Assembly: GCA_035494535.1 (NCBI GenBank)
Contig: DATJGZ010000082.1
Span: 1 to 56,282, forward strand
Source: Patescibacteria group bacterium
GTDB lineage: Bacteria; Pseudomonadota; Alphaproteobacteria; Micavibrionales; Micavibrionaceae
Direction: 5' to 3'
DNA length: 56,282 nt
Shown: positions 8,199 to 15,894 of the stretch, piece after piece
Layout of the letters: each line of letters begins with the position of its first letter
How positions within the stretch are numbered: position 1 is the first letter of the stretch
Notes under the pieces: generated by a model
Told to the model about the DNA's origin: nothing
Seen by the model: only the letters and a program-made list of their open reading frames with translations
Database searches by the model: none
Made by a program: the position numbers and the translations under genes

Positions 8199-9574
8199 AG
8201 ATATTCAGTCGAATGTTTTCATTCACTCTTGTGTTGGCAATCGCACTCGCGTCTCCCTACCAAGTGTCGGCCCGTGCAAAGCCGGAGATAGAATCACGTA
8301 ATCTTGCCCACATGGAAATGTTCATGAGAGCACAGTACAAGGATCTAGACCGCGAAATGAACCAGACTCAGGATGAGTTCAAAAAAGGATTATGGGATGA
8401 TCTCGATCTTATAACGATGATGAGTTATCCGTTTGATTCATCTGATGCGGACTTCGAAGAAAAATATAATGACTGGCTCAAGGAATATCCGAACTCATAT
8501 GCAGGACATCAGGCGCGAGCTTATTACTATACCGACAAGGTTTTCGATGATCTTAAGAAACGCAAACTAGATCAGTTATCTCAACAGGAATTATCCGAAG
8601 TAAGGCATTATGCCGATCTCGCCATTGCTGACGACAAGGCAGCCCTGAAGCTGGATACAAAACCCTTCGCAACCTACACCAACCTTTTGTATTTGTATGG
8701 TCTTATGGGTGAGTGGACTAAAGGCCGGCAGATGCTCGACGAGGCCAACAAAATCGCACCTAGAAACACTGCGGCGCGCTACCAGTATATGCTGGCGCTT
8801 GCGAAGCGAGACCGTCCACTTAAGGAATTTGAATCATTTATCGACGAAACGAGAAAGGCCGGCCTCGATAAAAAATATTTGCGTGATTACGATAATGCTC
8901 TGAATTGGCGTTATCTTGAAGAGGGCCACTACGAGCAGCTCGATGCCACAATGAATCAGGTGCAGAAAGATTATGAAGTCGGAAAAATCAATGATCTTGA
9001 ATTGAGTGATTATTTTACTGTTTTCACAAGAACGGACTCAAAGCTGGAAACGCTTTATAACGCCTGGGTTGAGGCGTATCCAAAGTCTTACGCGGCACGA
9101 CAAGTGCGGGGTTTATATTATAGAGAACTTGCCGAGGACGTGCGTGGTGGTAAATATCTCAGTCAAACGTCGCAACAGGAATTGTCAGGAGCTAATAATT
9201 ACCTCAAACTGGCATTTGATGACGACATGGCGGCGTTGGCGTTAACCGCAAAACCGATAATCTCGATTACTCAGATAATGGCTATAGAGCAGCTAGGGGG
9301 CAGACATGACGGCCTCGATGAAATGCTGAAACTTGCGATCAAGACTGATCCGAAGAATGTTAGCGCACGCCACGTTTACATGAACAGCCTACAGGGCAGA
9401 TGGGGCGGAAGCCTGGAGGAAATGGAAAGATATCTGGAGGCAGTAAAAGCGTCGGGAATGCCGGAAGATCATCTCAAAAGCATGGAGGACATGATCATAG
9501 GCGAAAAGCTTTGGGTCGCGGAACGCAAGGTAGATGATTATTCCGCGATGGGAAAACTGGAAACAGGATTTTAA
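8195..9574 (+). CDS. Secreted helical-repeat protein with internal duplication (DUF4034-like, tentative)
   Basis: Its ATG overlaps the upstream TGA (ATGA at 8195-8198), and SD GGAGGAG lies 5-6 nt upstream. Signal peptide MKIFSRMFSFTLVLAIALASPYQVSARA. Duplicated module: YNDWLKEYPNSYAGHQARAYYY...LSQQELSEV...ALKLDTKP versus YNAWVEAYPKSYAARQVRGLYY...TSQQELSGA...ALALTAKP. Confidence 0.8.
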   Translation: MKIFSRMFSFTLVLAIALASPYQVSARAKPEIESRNLAHMEMFMRAQYKDLDREMNQTQDEFKKGLWDDLDLITMMSYPFDSSDADFEEKYNDWLKEYPNSYAGHQARAYYYTDKVFDDLKKRKLDQLSQQELSEVRHYADLAIADDKAALKLDTKPFATYTNLLYLYGLMGEWTKGRQMLDEANKIAPRNTAARYQYMLALAKRDRPLKEFESFIDETRKAGLDKKYLRDYDNALNWRYLEEGHYEQLDATMNQVQKDYEVGKINDLELSDYFTVFTRTDSKLETLYNAWVEAYPKSYAARQVRGLYYRELAEDVRGGKYLSQTSQQELSGANNYLKLAFDDDMAALALTAKPIISITQIMAIEQLGGRHDGLDEMLKLAIKTDPKNVSARHVYMNSLQGRWGGSLEEMERYLEAVKASGMPEDHLKSMEDMIIGEKLWVAERKVDDYSAMGKLETGF

Positions 9575-9585
9575 GTAAACCGTCT

Positions 9586-10245
9586 ATGAAGCCAATCAAC
9601 CTATATGTCCGAGAATTAATTTATGCCAGTTGTATAGGTCTCTGCTTAACCATCTCAGCCAGGGCCGGGGAAAATCGGGATGCAGAGACAGATTACACGC
9701 TTGGCATGAAATACTACATTGGGACCGATGAGATTGATCAAGATGTGAAACAGGCTGTTGAATGGTTCCGCAAAGCCGCAGAGCTTGGGCTAGCGAAGGG
9801 CCAGTATCGACTGGGTCAAGCTTATGATAGCGGCCAAGGTGTGCGGCAGGATTACCCCACGGCGATGCGGTGGTATCTGCTGGCTGCGGTGCAAGATGAC
9901 CGCGATGCGGAGTCAGCATTGGGAGATATTTACGCTGCTGGGCACGGCGTCAAGATTAACAACGATCAGGCGGCGAAATGGTACTACAAGGCCGCAGAGC
10001 AGGGCGTTGCTCATGCGCAGTCAGAATTGGGCAAGCTCTATTTTTCAGGCACAGGGGTTAAACAGGACTTTGTCGAGGCTTATTTTTGGCTCGGTGTCGC
10101 GTCGAAAGAGATAGACGATGCCGTTGATAAACGCGACGAAGCGGGAGAACGATTGACGCCCGCTCAATTAAGCGGAGTTCGGCACCGCATTGAAACGTGG
10201 CGACCGGAAATTGCGCAAGAAGTCGAAAGAAGCGGAAAACTGTAA
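9586..10245 (+). CDS. Secreted Sel1-repeat protein (219 aa)
   Basis: Signal-peptide-like N-terminus, four Sel1 units (GQYRLGQAYDSGQGVRQDYPTAMRWYLLAA etc.), and a C-terminal EAYFW...LTPAQL...W cap. Confidence 0.9.
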   Translation: MKPINLYVRELIYASCIGLCLTISARAGENRDAETDYTLGMKYYIGTDEIDQDVKQAVEWFRKAAELGLAKGQYRLGQAYDSGQGVRQDYPTAMRWYLLAAVQDDRDAESALGDIYAAGHGVKINNDQAAKWYYKAAEQGVAHAQSELGKLYFSGTGVKQDFVEAYFWLGVASKEIDDAVDKRDEAGERLTPAQLSGVRHRIETWRPEIAQEVERSGKL

Positions 10246-10271
10246 GAATTTTTGAGAGACAGAGTTAGTGA

Positions 10272-10832
10272 TCACCAGGCACTCTCGGCGTGTGGGCCCT
10301 TGAAGGCTTTTGTTTGCACTAGCCCTATATCGCTGTCGGACGTCGTCTTGTACTTGAGATAATAAACCCAATATTCATCTAGAACTTCTGAATCAGGATC
10401 CAGCCGTAAAGGAACATCTCCCTGTTCTGTATGCAATACGACTTTGTAAGCCGGCTTCGTTGGATATGAATGATGATACCGGGATGGCTTTGTATCCATT
10501 TTGCGAAGATCAAAGACCAAGGCGTGGCCGTAATTTACAGGGGCACCATTCACGCCAACCGAAACAACATAACGATTTATAGCCGATACAGCTTCTGCTT
10601 GAGAAATAGATACGATCACAGTTCGACAATATAAAATACCGATCATAATTGCACAAAATATCGTCAGAGCGACAAAGCAATTCAACTTGAGGGCGTGTCT
10701 TACTCCTGGCTCCGAAGAAGTTTTTATTTTGAACAAGGCTAAGACAATAAAGCTCCCGAACATGACAGATAAAGCCGTCAAAATGAGAAGCTTATATTGA
10801 TACAAGTGATCTAATAGGTGCGCAGGGCTCAT
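10272..10832 (-). CDS. Hypothetical membrane protein (2 TM helices plus C-terminal domain)
   Basis: 186 aa. TM helices LLILTALSVMFGSFIVLALF and FVALTIFCAIMIGILY. Convergent with the 9586 gene. Confidence 0.6.
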   Translation of the reverse strand: MSPAHLLDHLYQYKLLILTALSVMFGSFIVLALFKIKTSSEPGVRHALKLNCFVALTIFCAIMIGILYCRTVIVSISQAEAVSAINRYVVSVGVNGAPVNYGHALVFDLRKMDTKPSRYHHSYPTKPAYKVVLHTEQGDVPLRLDPDSEVLDEYWVYYLKYKTTSDSDIGLVQTKAFKGPHAESAW

Positions 10833-10842
10833 TTACTGTTCC

Positions 10843-10868
10843 AGTGTGACAAAAGAAATTACGACAAT
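10843..10868 (+). promoter_or_regulatory. Island motif copy: AGTGTGACAAAAGAAATTACGACAAT
   Basis: TGTGACAAA-N5-TTACGAC, pointing at the ATG at 10952. Confidence 0.5.
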
Positions 10869-10871
10869 CAA

Positions 10872-10897
10872 ACATTATTCGAATGAATTATTGCACC
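10872..10897 (-). promoter_or_regulatory. Island motif copy on the minus strand (degenerate): GGTGCAATAATTCATTCGAATAATGT
   Basis: TGCAATAAT (an extended -10 form) points at the minus-strand gene that starts at 10832. It sits back-to-back with the plus-strand copy at 10843. Confidence 0.4.
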
Positions 10898-10951
10898 GTC
10901 TGGGGCTAAAATCATGTCCTGATTTGCATTTGTGAAGAGGGCAGGGGACCG

Positions 10952-11566
10952 ATGAAGCCGCCATGTTTTGACGTATCAAAGAACGGAAAAAAAATCGTCC
11001 GTGCCGGCGTGCGTGGCGGGGTTGTCTCTTTAATACTTACGTGGGTTGGGAACGTATCCGAGGCGTCTAAACCTTCTGCTTCAAAAAAAGGTCCTGTAGC
11101 CGGTTTAACTTTACGGGTTGGAGGAATAGACCAAAAGCCGGACGGCGATAAAAGAGTTGAATGGCTTGATAATCCTAGGCTCTGCGTCGGTGATGAAATT
11201 CACATCCGCATTACCGATGAGGAGCCCGACAAACCGCTGCGATCTGAACGGAAGACCCCTCACACGATAAGCAAAGAAGGCGTTCAGCTCGCTGAATGCT
11301 CTTTTTGTCTACGAATGCAGCGATCAGATCCTACATTCCGTCCTGCTATACGAACGCCCGATCATTTCATCTGTACGCGCTGTCTTATCCTAGCCGAGCG
11401 AATGCTAGACGAAGATTCCGATCAGCTATTTCACTTACACCGGACGACAGGAAAAAAATGTCTCCTGTGTTCCAGCTATAAGACCAAAGAGAGTGTTTCA
11501 GCTTGGAAGGCGCATGTATGCAGGGCTTGCATTGATAAAACAATGAAGCACGTAATCCCTAACTAA
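10952..11566 (+). CDS. Hypothetical protein with two ClpX-type C4 zinc-ribbon-like motifs
   Basis: CSFCLRMQ-x18-HFICTRCLILAERML and CLLCSSYK-x11-HVCRACIDKTMK both fit CxxC-x(n)-CxxC, as in the ClpX N-terminal zinc binding domain (CSFCG...IC..C). Confidence 0.6.
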   Translation: MKPPCFDVSKNGKKIVRAGVRGGVVSLILTWVGNVSEASKPSASKKGPVAGLTLRVGGIDQKPDGDKRVEWLDNPRLCVGDEIHIRITDEEPDKPLRSERKTPHTISKEGVQLAECSFCLRMQRSDPTFRPAIRTPDHFICTRCLILAERMLDEDSDQLFHLHRTTGKKCLLCSSYKTKESVSAWKAHVCRACIDKTMKHVIPN

Positions 11567-11574
11567 TGCAGTCT

Positions 11575-11600
11575 GATGTGATAATGTTTTTTACGGCATT
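11575..11600 (+). promoter_or_regulatory. Island motif copy: GATGTGATAATGTTTTTTACGGCATT
   Basis: Starts 8 nt after the stop at 11564-11566. TGTGATAAT at 11577-11585, N5, TTACG. Confidence 0.6.
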
Positions 11601-11742
11601 TTTATTCTCAATCGTCTCATTACACGTCAGAGCAAGGTGTTAAAGGCTTATCTCCGTGTAATTCCCTCAAAACAAATACGGCAAATATTCCATAAATTAT
11701 CAAGGGATATTTAATGATGATGTATCAAATTTTCATTATGGG

Positions 11743-14397
11743 GTGAACTTACGCGGGGACCTGATGAGGGATCGTAAAAATAACAACACATTTTTCATTC
11801 TATTCGTCGTCCTTCTGGGCGTCGGAGGTGCAGGATTCTTTCGCGCCTCGGCTAATCCGATGGCACTAAAGTTTTTTGCTGCGCTTGGAGATGCTGATGC
11901 GCAAAGACACCTTGGAGAAATAAATCTTTACGGCAATCCTAAGGATTATGCGGAAGCTCTGAGGTTGTTTCAACTCGCTGCAAAAAAAGGAGATCTTTGG
12001 GCCGAGAGCCGACTGGGAACAATGTATGCAGAAGGCTGGGGTGTGCAACAGGATTTTGAACAGGCCAAAAAATTATGGACCGACGGCGCTTCAAAAGGAT
12101 TTGCGGGAGCTGAGTATAACCTCGGGGTTCTTTATCAAAATGGCGATGGCGTAGAGCAAGACTCTAAACAAGCCAAATTTTGGTACCAGAAGGCTGCAGC
12201 ACAAGGGCACCCGTTGGCGCAAAAGGAACTTTCGCAACTTGCCCAGGTAGATTCCAATCCAGACCCTGACATCGGAAAGATGTCTACTGCGCCGCGGAAA
12301 AATATCAATATCAATATTCAGATCGATCCTGAAGTTAGTAGGGCAAATCACGAATATGATCGGATGGTTGCCAGTCTTTCGCCTGCCGAACAGCAAGAGC
12401 TGAAAGCTTTGGACGGCGAATTGGTCAAGGCGATCGAGCCGAAAATCGAAATTAAGAGTCAGGAAGCGGAATTCTCTGCTTGTGCAAAATCAGACCCTAC
12501 GTTTGAAGCCAGGTACAAGCAGATGATGCAGACGTTCAGACTTCGCAAGATGGATGATCTGACCTCTTTACACAGCTCCTTCATGGAGCGCATCAGCAAA
12601 ATCGATTACATCGATAAAGAAGCCTTGGGCAAGCACTTGTCATTTCAGGAAACCCTCTCAACCGAAATGGCAGGCGGACTGGCAATGGCTGCTGCTCAAA
12701 TGGATAAGGACGGAAAACTATGCGCGAAACTCAAACATGATTTGGAGACCGAATATGCCACACCGTATGTGGTTGCGGATCCGAGAGCAATGTTCGACAG
12801 CCAGCCGATGCGTGACGAAATAAGCGGTCGGATCAAGGAATGCTCATTTGGACTTCGTGAGGATACCAAAGATGGTCATGTCATCAGCACGACAATCCAC
12901 TTTGAAGGACCAGAAGTATCCTTCAGCGCAAAAGTAGCTAATCCTGACATGAGCTTTGTGCCGGTTAGTGATCTATGGATCAACTTTGGGGATTTCGATA
13001 CGAGGAGAGAGGCAAATTTTGGCCAAAGAAACCAGGCCATGCTTATGGGAACAATGCCTCCCACAACTATCATTCCGATCCTTAGCGCCGTTCGTGACGG
13101 TAATGTTGTATATTCTGTCTCGACAGCAGCAGCCGGGAAACCTTACCTCTTTGCTCCGGCGGCGGCACAGCCGCAACTGGCAAATACTGTCGCTAGCTGC
13201 GTCGCTACCCTTCAGCCGGATTATCTTGAGCCTCTTCGGAAGGCGGGGTTAAGTCCGATGCCTGACCCGCGCGATGTCGAGGCGATGTCCGCTCCTCCAA
13301 AAGACTTCATTTATAATGTTTCTGCCCTAAATCAGGGCGAAAATCCCGTAGGCTGCGTGTGGCAGACCACGGCGCATACAGAATCAGACGGCGCTCAAGC
13401 CGCCGCAGTGGTTATCGTCTACGGTGCTGCTGGCCCAATGACAAATATGACAGAGTTCTGGCTTATGGGCGCCGATCCCGCGACAGGGGGGCGTTTAATA
13501 TTTAACGACTTTCAAGTGACCGCCAAGACTTCTGATGGAAAAGTGATTGAGCCCGCCAAGATAAAGAGGGCGAAAATCACAATGGGACAGCTTGCAAAAA
13601 TTGCCCTGACGTCGGCCGATGCTGGTGGAATTGTTAATGCGATAGCTGAAAATGGCATGGAAGTTTCCGGCCGCACCCAAGAAAACAAGACTTTCAACTA
13701 TACACTGCCGGCGCCTGAGCCAGAGTCACTTAAGGCCTATAACGGATGCCTTGACCGGCTTCAGAAATACATAAGCGAACACAAGAACGCTCCTCAGGCA
13801 AAATCCGTAGCCCCGGCTCCCGACATTGCCCCAAACGCCGGACCCGATGAAAAATATCTCGCCTACGTCGATCAGGCGATGGCTGATCCATCTACCGCTA
13901 ACTGGATTATGATCCGTGAATTATATCCAGACACCTCCTTCTACAAAAAAATCGGCGGCACTTATCTTAGTCATGCCAGCCAGGAATTCATGGCTAAAAT
14001 GGGAGACAATCCTACGCCCGAGCAGATTGCTGCGTATAAAACATTCATGAGAGACCATTTCGCCAGCATCGGCGCCCACTCCAGAGCGATAGGTTTATAC
14101 GATAAAACGAAGGCGGGTTACATCAACGTGGAGCAGGAAAAACAAATCTATCACAGTCTCTTTACAAGTATCTTGAGTTCAGGCGACAGCCTGAGTCCCG
14201 CAACCGCTATGAAAGCCATTAGCGTTGAAGAAGTTTCATACGTTCTTAGCCACAGCCCTGGGGGACCGCCGGCACAACCGACTTTCAAACAGGATAATGG
14301 CAATTACTATGCAATAGCGGAGATCAGGAATCCTAAAACAGGTGACATGATGAAGACTTATTTTTTAGTCGACGGCCGGGCGCTCAAAGGGCCCTAG
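11743..14397 (+). CDS. Membrane-anchored Sel1-repeat protein with a roughly 700-aa orphan C-terminal region
   Basis: GTG at 11743 (alternative ATG at 11764). TM helix FFILFVVLLGVGGAGFF. Three to four Sel1 units, after which I recognise no family. Confidence 0.85.
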   Translation: MNLRGDLMRDRKNNNTFFILFVVLLGVGGAGFFRASANPMALKFFAALGDADAQRHLGEINLYGNPKDYAEALRLFQLAAKKGDLWAESRLGTMYAEGWGVQQDFEQAKKLWTDGASKGFAGAEYNLGVLYQNGDGVEQDSKQAKFWYQKAAAQGHPLAQKELSQLAQVDSNPDPDIGKMSTAPRKNININIQIDPEVSRANHEYDRMVASLSPAEQQELKALDGELVKAIEPKIEIKSQEAEFSACAKSDPTFEARYKQMMQTFRLRKMDDLTSLHSSFMERISKIDYIDKEALGKHLSFQETLSTEMAGGLAMAAAQMDKDGKLCAKLKHDLETEYATPYVVADPRAMFDSQPMRDEISGRIKECSFGLREDTKDGHVISTTIHFEGPEVSFSAKVANPDMSFVPVSDLWINFGDFDTRREANFGQRNQAMLMGTMPPTTIIPILSAVRDGNVVYSVSTAAAGKPYLFAPAAAQPQLANTVASCVATLQPDYLEPLRKAGLSPMPDPRDVEAMSAPPKDFIYNVSALNQGENPVGCVWQTTAHTESDGAQAAAVVIVYGAAGPMTNMTEFWLMGADPATGGRLIFNDFQVTAKTSDGKVIEPAKIKRAKITMGQLAKIALTSADAGGIVNAIAENGMEVSGRTQENKTFNYTLPAPEPESLKAYNGCLDRLQKYISEHKNAPQAKSVAPAPDIAPNAGPDEKYLAYVDQAMADPSTANWIMIRELYPDTSFYKKIGGTYLSHASQEFMAKMGDNPTPEQIAAYKTFMRDHFASIGAHSRAIGLYDKTKAGYINVEQEKQIYHSLFTSILSSGDSLSPATAMKAISVEEVSYVLSHSPGGPPAQPTFKQDNGNYYAIAEIRNPKTGDMMKTYFLVDGRALKGP

Positions 14398-14398
14398 A

Positions 14399-14914
14399 AT
14401 GGAGGCGCCTATGGAGAATAAATCAACATGCCATCAAATATGTTTACTAATTTTTGTGGGCATGCTTACAGCATTTTGGAATTCGTCATCATTTGCAGGT
14501 GAGGGGCCTGACTTCATAGGAGATAAAGATCAGGCGGTAATTACAAATATGAAATTCGCTCGCGATCATATCACTGGCGCACATCTTTTAGATGGATCCA
14601 ATGTCCGTCCCGAGACAGCAGAAGAATTAAAAAATCCCGTTATCCCGATTGAAGAAGGCAAACGGGTTGTTAACCGCGGTATTTTGACAGCATTAGCAAA
14701 GTACTGTGGTTTAGACGGACAAAATGACAGCTATCTCCCATTCATGAGCCACGAGCGCCAAAGCAAGCTGTGGTCTGACAAGCAACTCGCCTATATAGGC
14801 TTGTTGCACGGAATAACACAGGCAGAGTTTTATGATCTTTTTAAAAAGAAAGGAAACTGTTCCGATTTGCAAAAGCAACGAGTCCAAACTTTTCTCGATA
14901 ATATTGATAAATAA
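14399..14914 (+). CDS. Hypothetical secreted or anchored protein (171 aa)
   Basis: Starts 1 nt after the upstream stop. Hydrophobic N-terminus ICLLIFVGMLTAFWNSSSFA. Confidence 0.6.
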   Translation: MEAPMENKSTCHQICLLIFVGMLTAFWNSSSFAGEGPDFIGDKDQAVITNMKFARDHITGAHLLDGSNVRPETAEELKNPVIPIEEGKRVVNRGILTALAKYCGLDGQNDSYLPFMSHERQSKLWSDKQLAYIGLLHGITQAEFYDLFKKKGNCSDLQKQRVQTFLDNIDK

Positions 14915-14962
14915 GAAGTTGCAGCTGATACCTGAGAAAACTCAACTTCTGGATTTCGACGG

Positions 14963-14984
14963 GATGACGTTTTTTACGACAAAT
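14963..14984 (+). promoter_or_regulatory. Island motif copy (degenerate, -10 half missing): GATGACGTTTTTTACGACAAAT
   Basis: Keeps GATG and GTTTTTTACGAC. A GATAATAT half-site lies 59 nt upstream (14897-14904), across a hairpin. Confidence 0.35.
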
Positions 14985-14995
14985 GGGGGCTGGAC

Positions 14996-15865
14996 ATGAA
15001 ATTGATCAGATTGACGATACTAATTGCGGCGCTGCTCTTACCGGCGATCATCTCCCCAGTTGAAGCATCCCCTCTTGTGCCTAAAGTCGGCGATATCTAC
15101 GAAATTACCCGAACCAAGGATTCTGCCCAGAAGGGCACCGGATCCAACAGCAGCTCACACGATAAGGATACCATCATCGAGCGCGTAGTGGGACTACGCC
15201 CGGACGGCCTGGAACTGGAATACGACCTGCCGGAAACAACTAAGGCAGCCGAGAGAGCCAGCCAGTGGCAATTTCCCGCTAGGATTTTTAAACCAACTAA
15301 TGGACCGGCGGAGTTGCTCAACCGTCCTGAGCTCGAGGCAAGGGTGGCCGCGTGGCTCAAATCTGCCGGGGTTTCACGTGCCCTCTGCGGACATTGGTAT
15401 TTTACATGGAATGCGTTTCAAGTCGAATGCGATCCTCAATCAGTAATAAAAACGGTCAAATCATTCGAGCTGGGACCCGGTAATCTACATGAAGGGGATT
15501 CCTATCAAGACCCCGACGCAAGCAGGCCAGGAAAATTATCTAAAAAGGATTCCAAGCCGGACAAGGTGATTTTCTCCACCGAGATGCCAGTTGATCCCGA
15601 CGCCGTTCGTCGCGCTCGGGCGGAATCTGACGTTGTTGTAGGGGAAATAATGCGTGAGCCGGTCACTCTTGAGGCTGCGCTCAGTAAACACGCCAAGGAA
15701 ACTGTTTCAGGTACGATCTCCATCGACGTCGAAACAGGTTCTACTGGCAATGTGCGTCGACGGACAAAGGTATCAAAGGTGAACATTCAAGGTCCGGGCA
15801 CCCAGTCAGAGACAGACGCAACGACAGAAACTTTGGAACGCCGACTAATTTCACCAAGGCAATAA
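14996..15865 (+). CDS. Hypothetical secreted protein (289 aa)
   Basis: Signal peptide MKLIRLTILIAALLLPAIISPVEA. No family recognised. Confidence 0.7.
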   Translation: MKLIRLTILIAALLLPAIISPVEASPLVPKVGDIYEITRTKDSAQKGTGSNSSSHDKDTIIERVVGLRPDGLELEYDLPETTKAAERASQWQFPARIFKPTNGPAELLNRPELEARVAAWLKSAGVSRALCGHWYFTWNAFQVECDPQSVIKTVKSFELGPGNLHEGDSYQDPDASRPGKLSKKDSKPDKVIFSTEMPVDPDAVRRARAESDVVVGEIMREPVTLEAALSKHAKETVSGTISIDVETGSTGNVRRRTKVSKVNIQGPGTQSETDATTETLERRLISPRQ

Positions 15866-15894
15866 CAATCACCCTGTAATTGTAAGTCGAAAAT

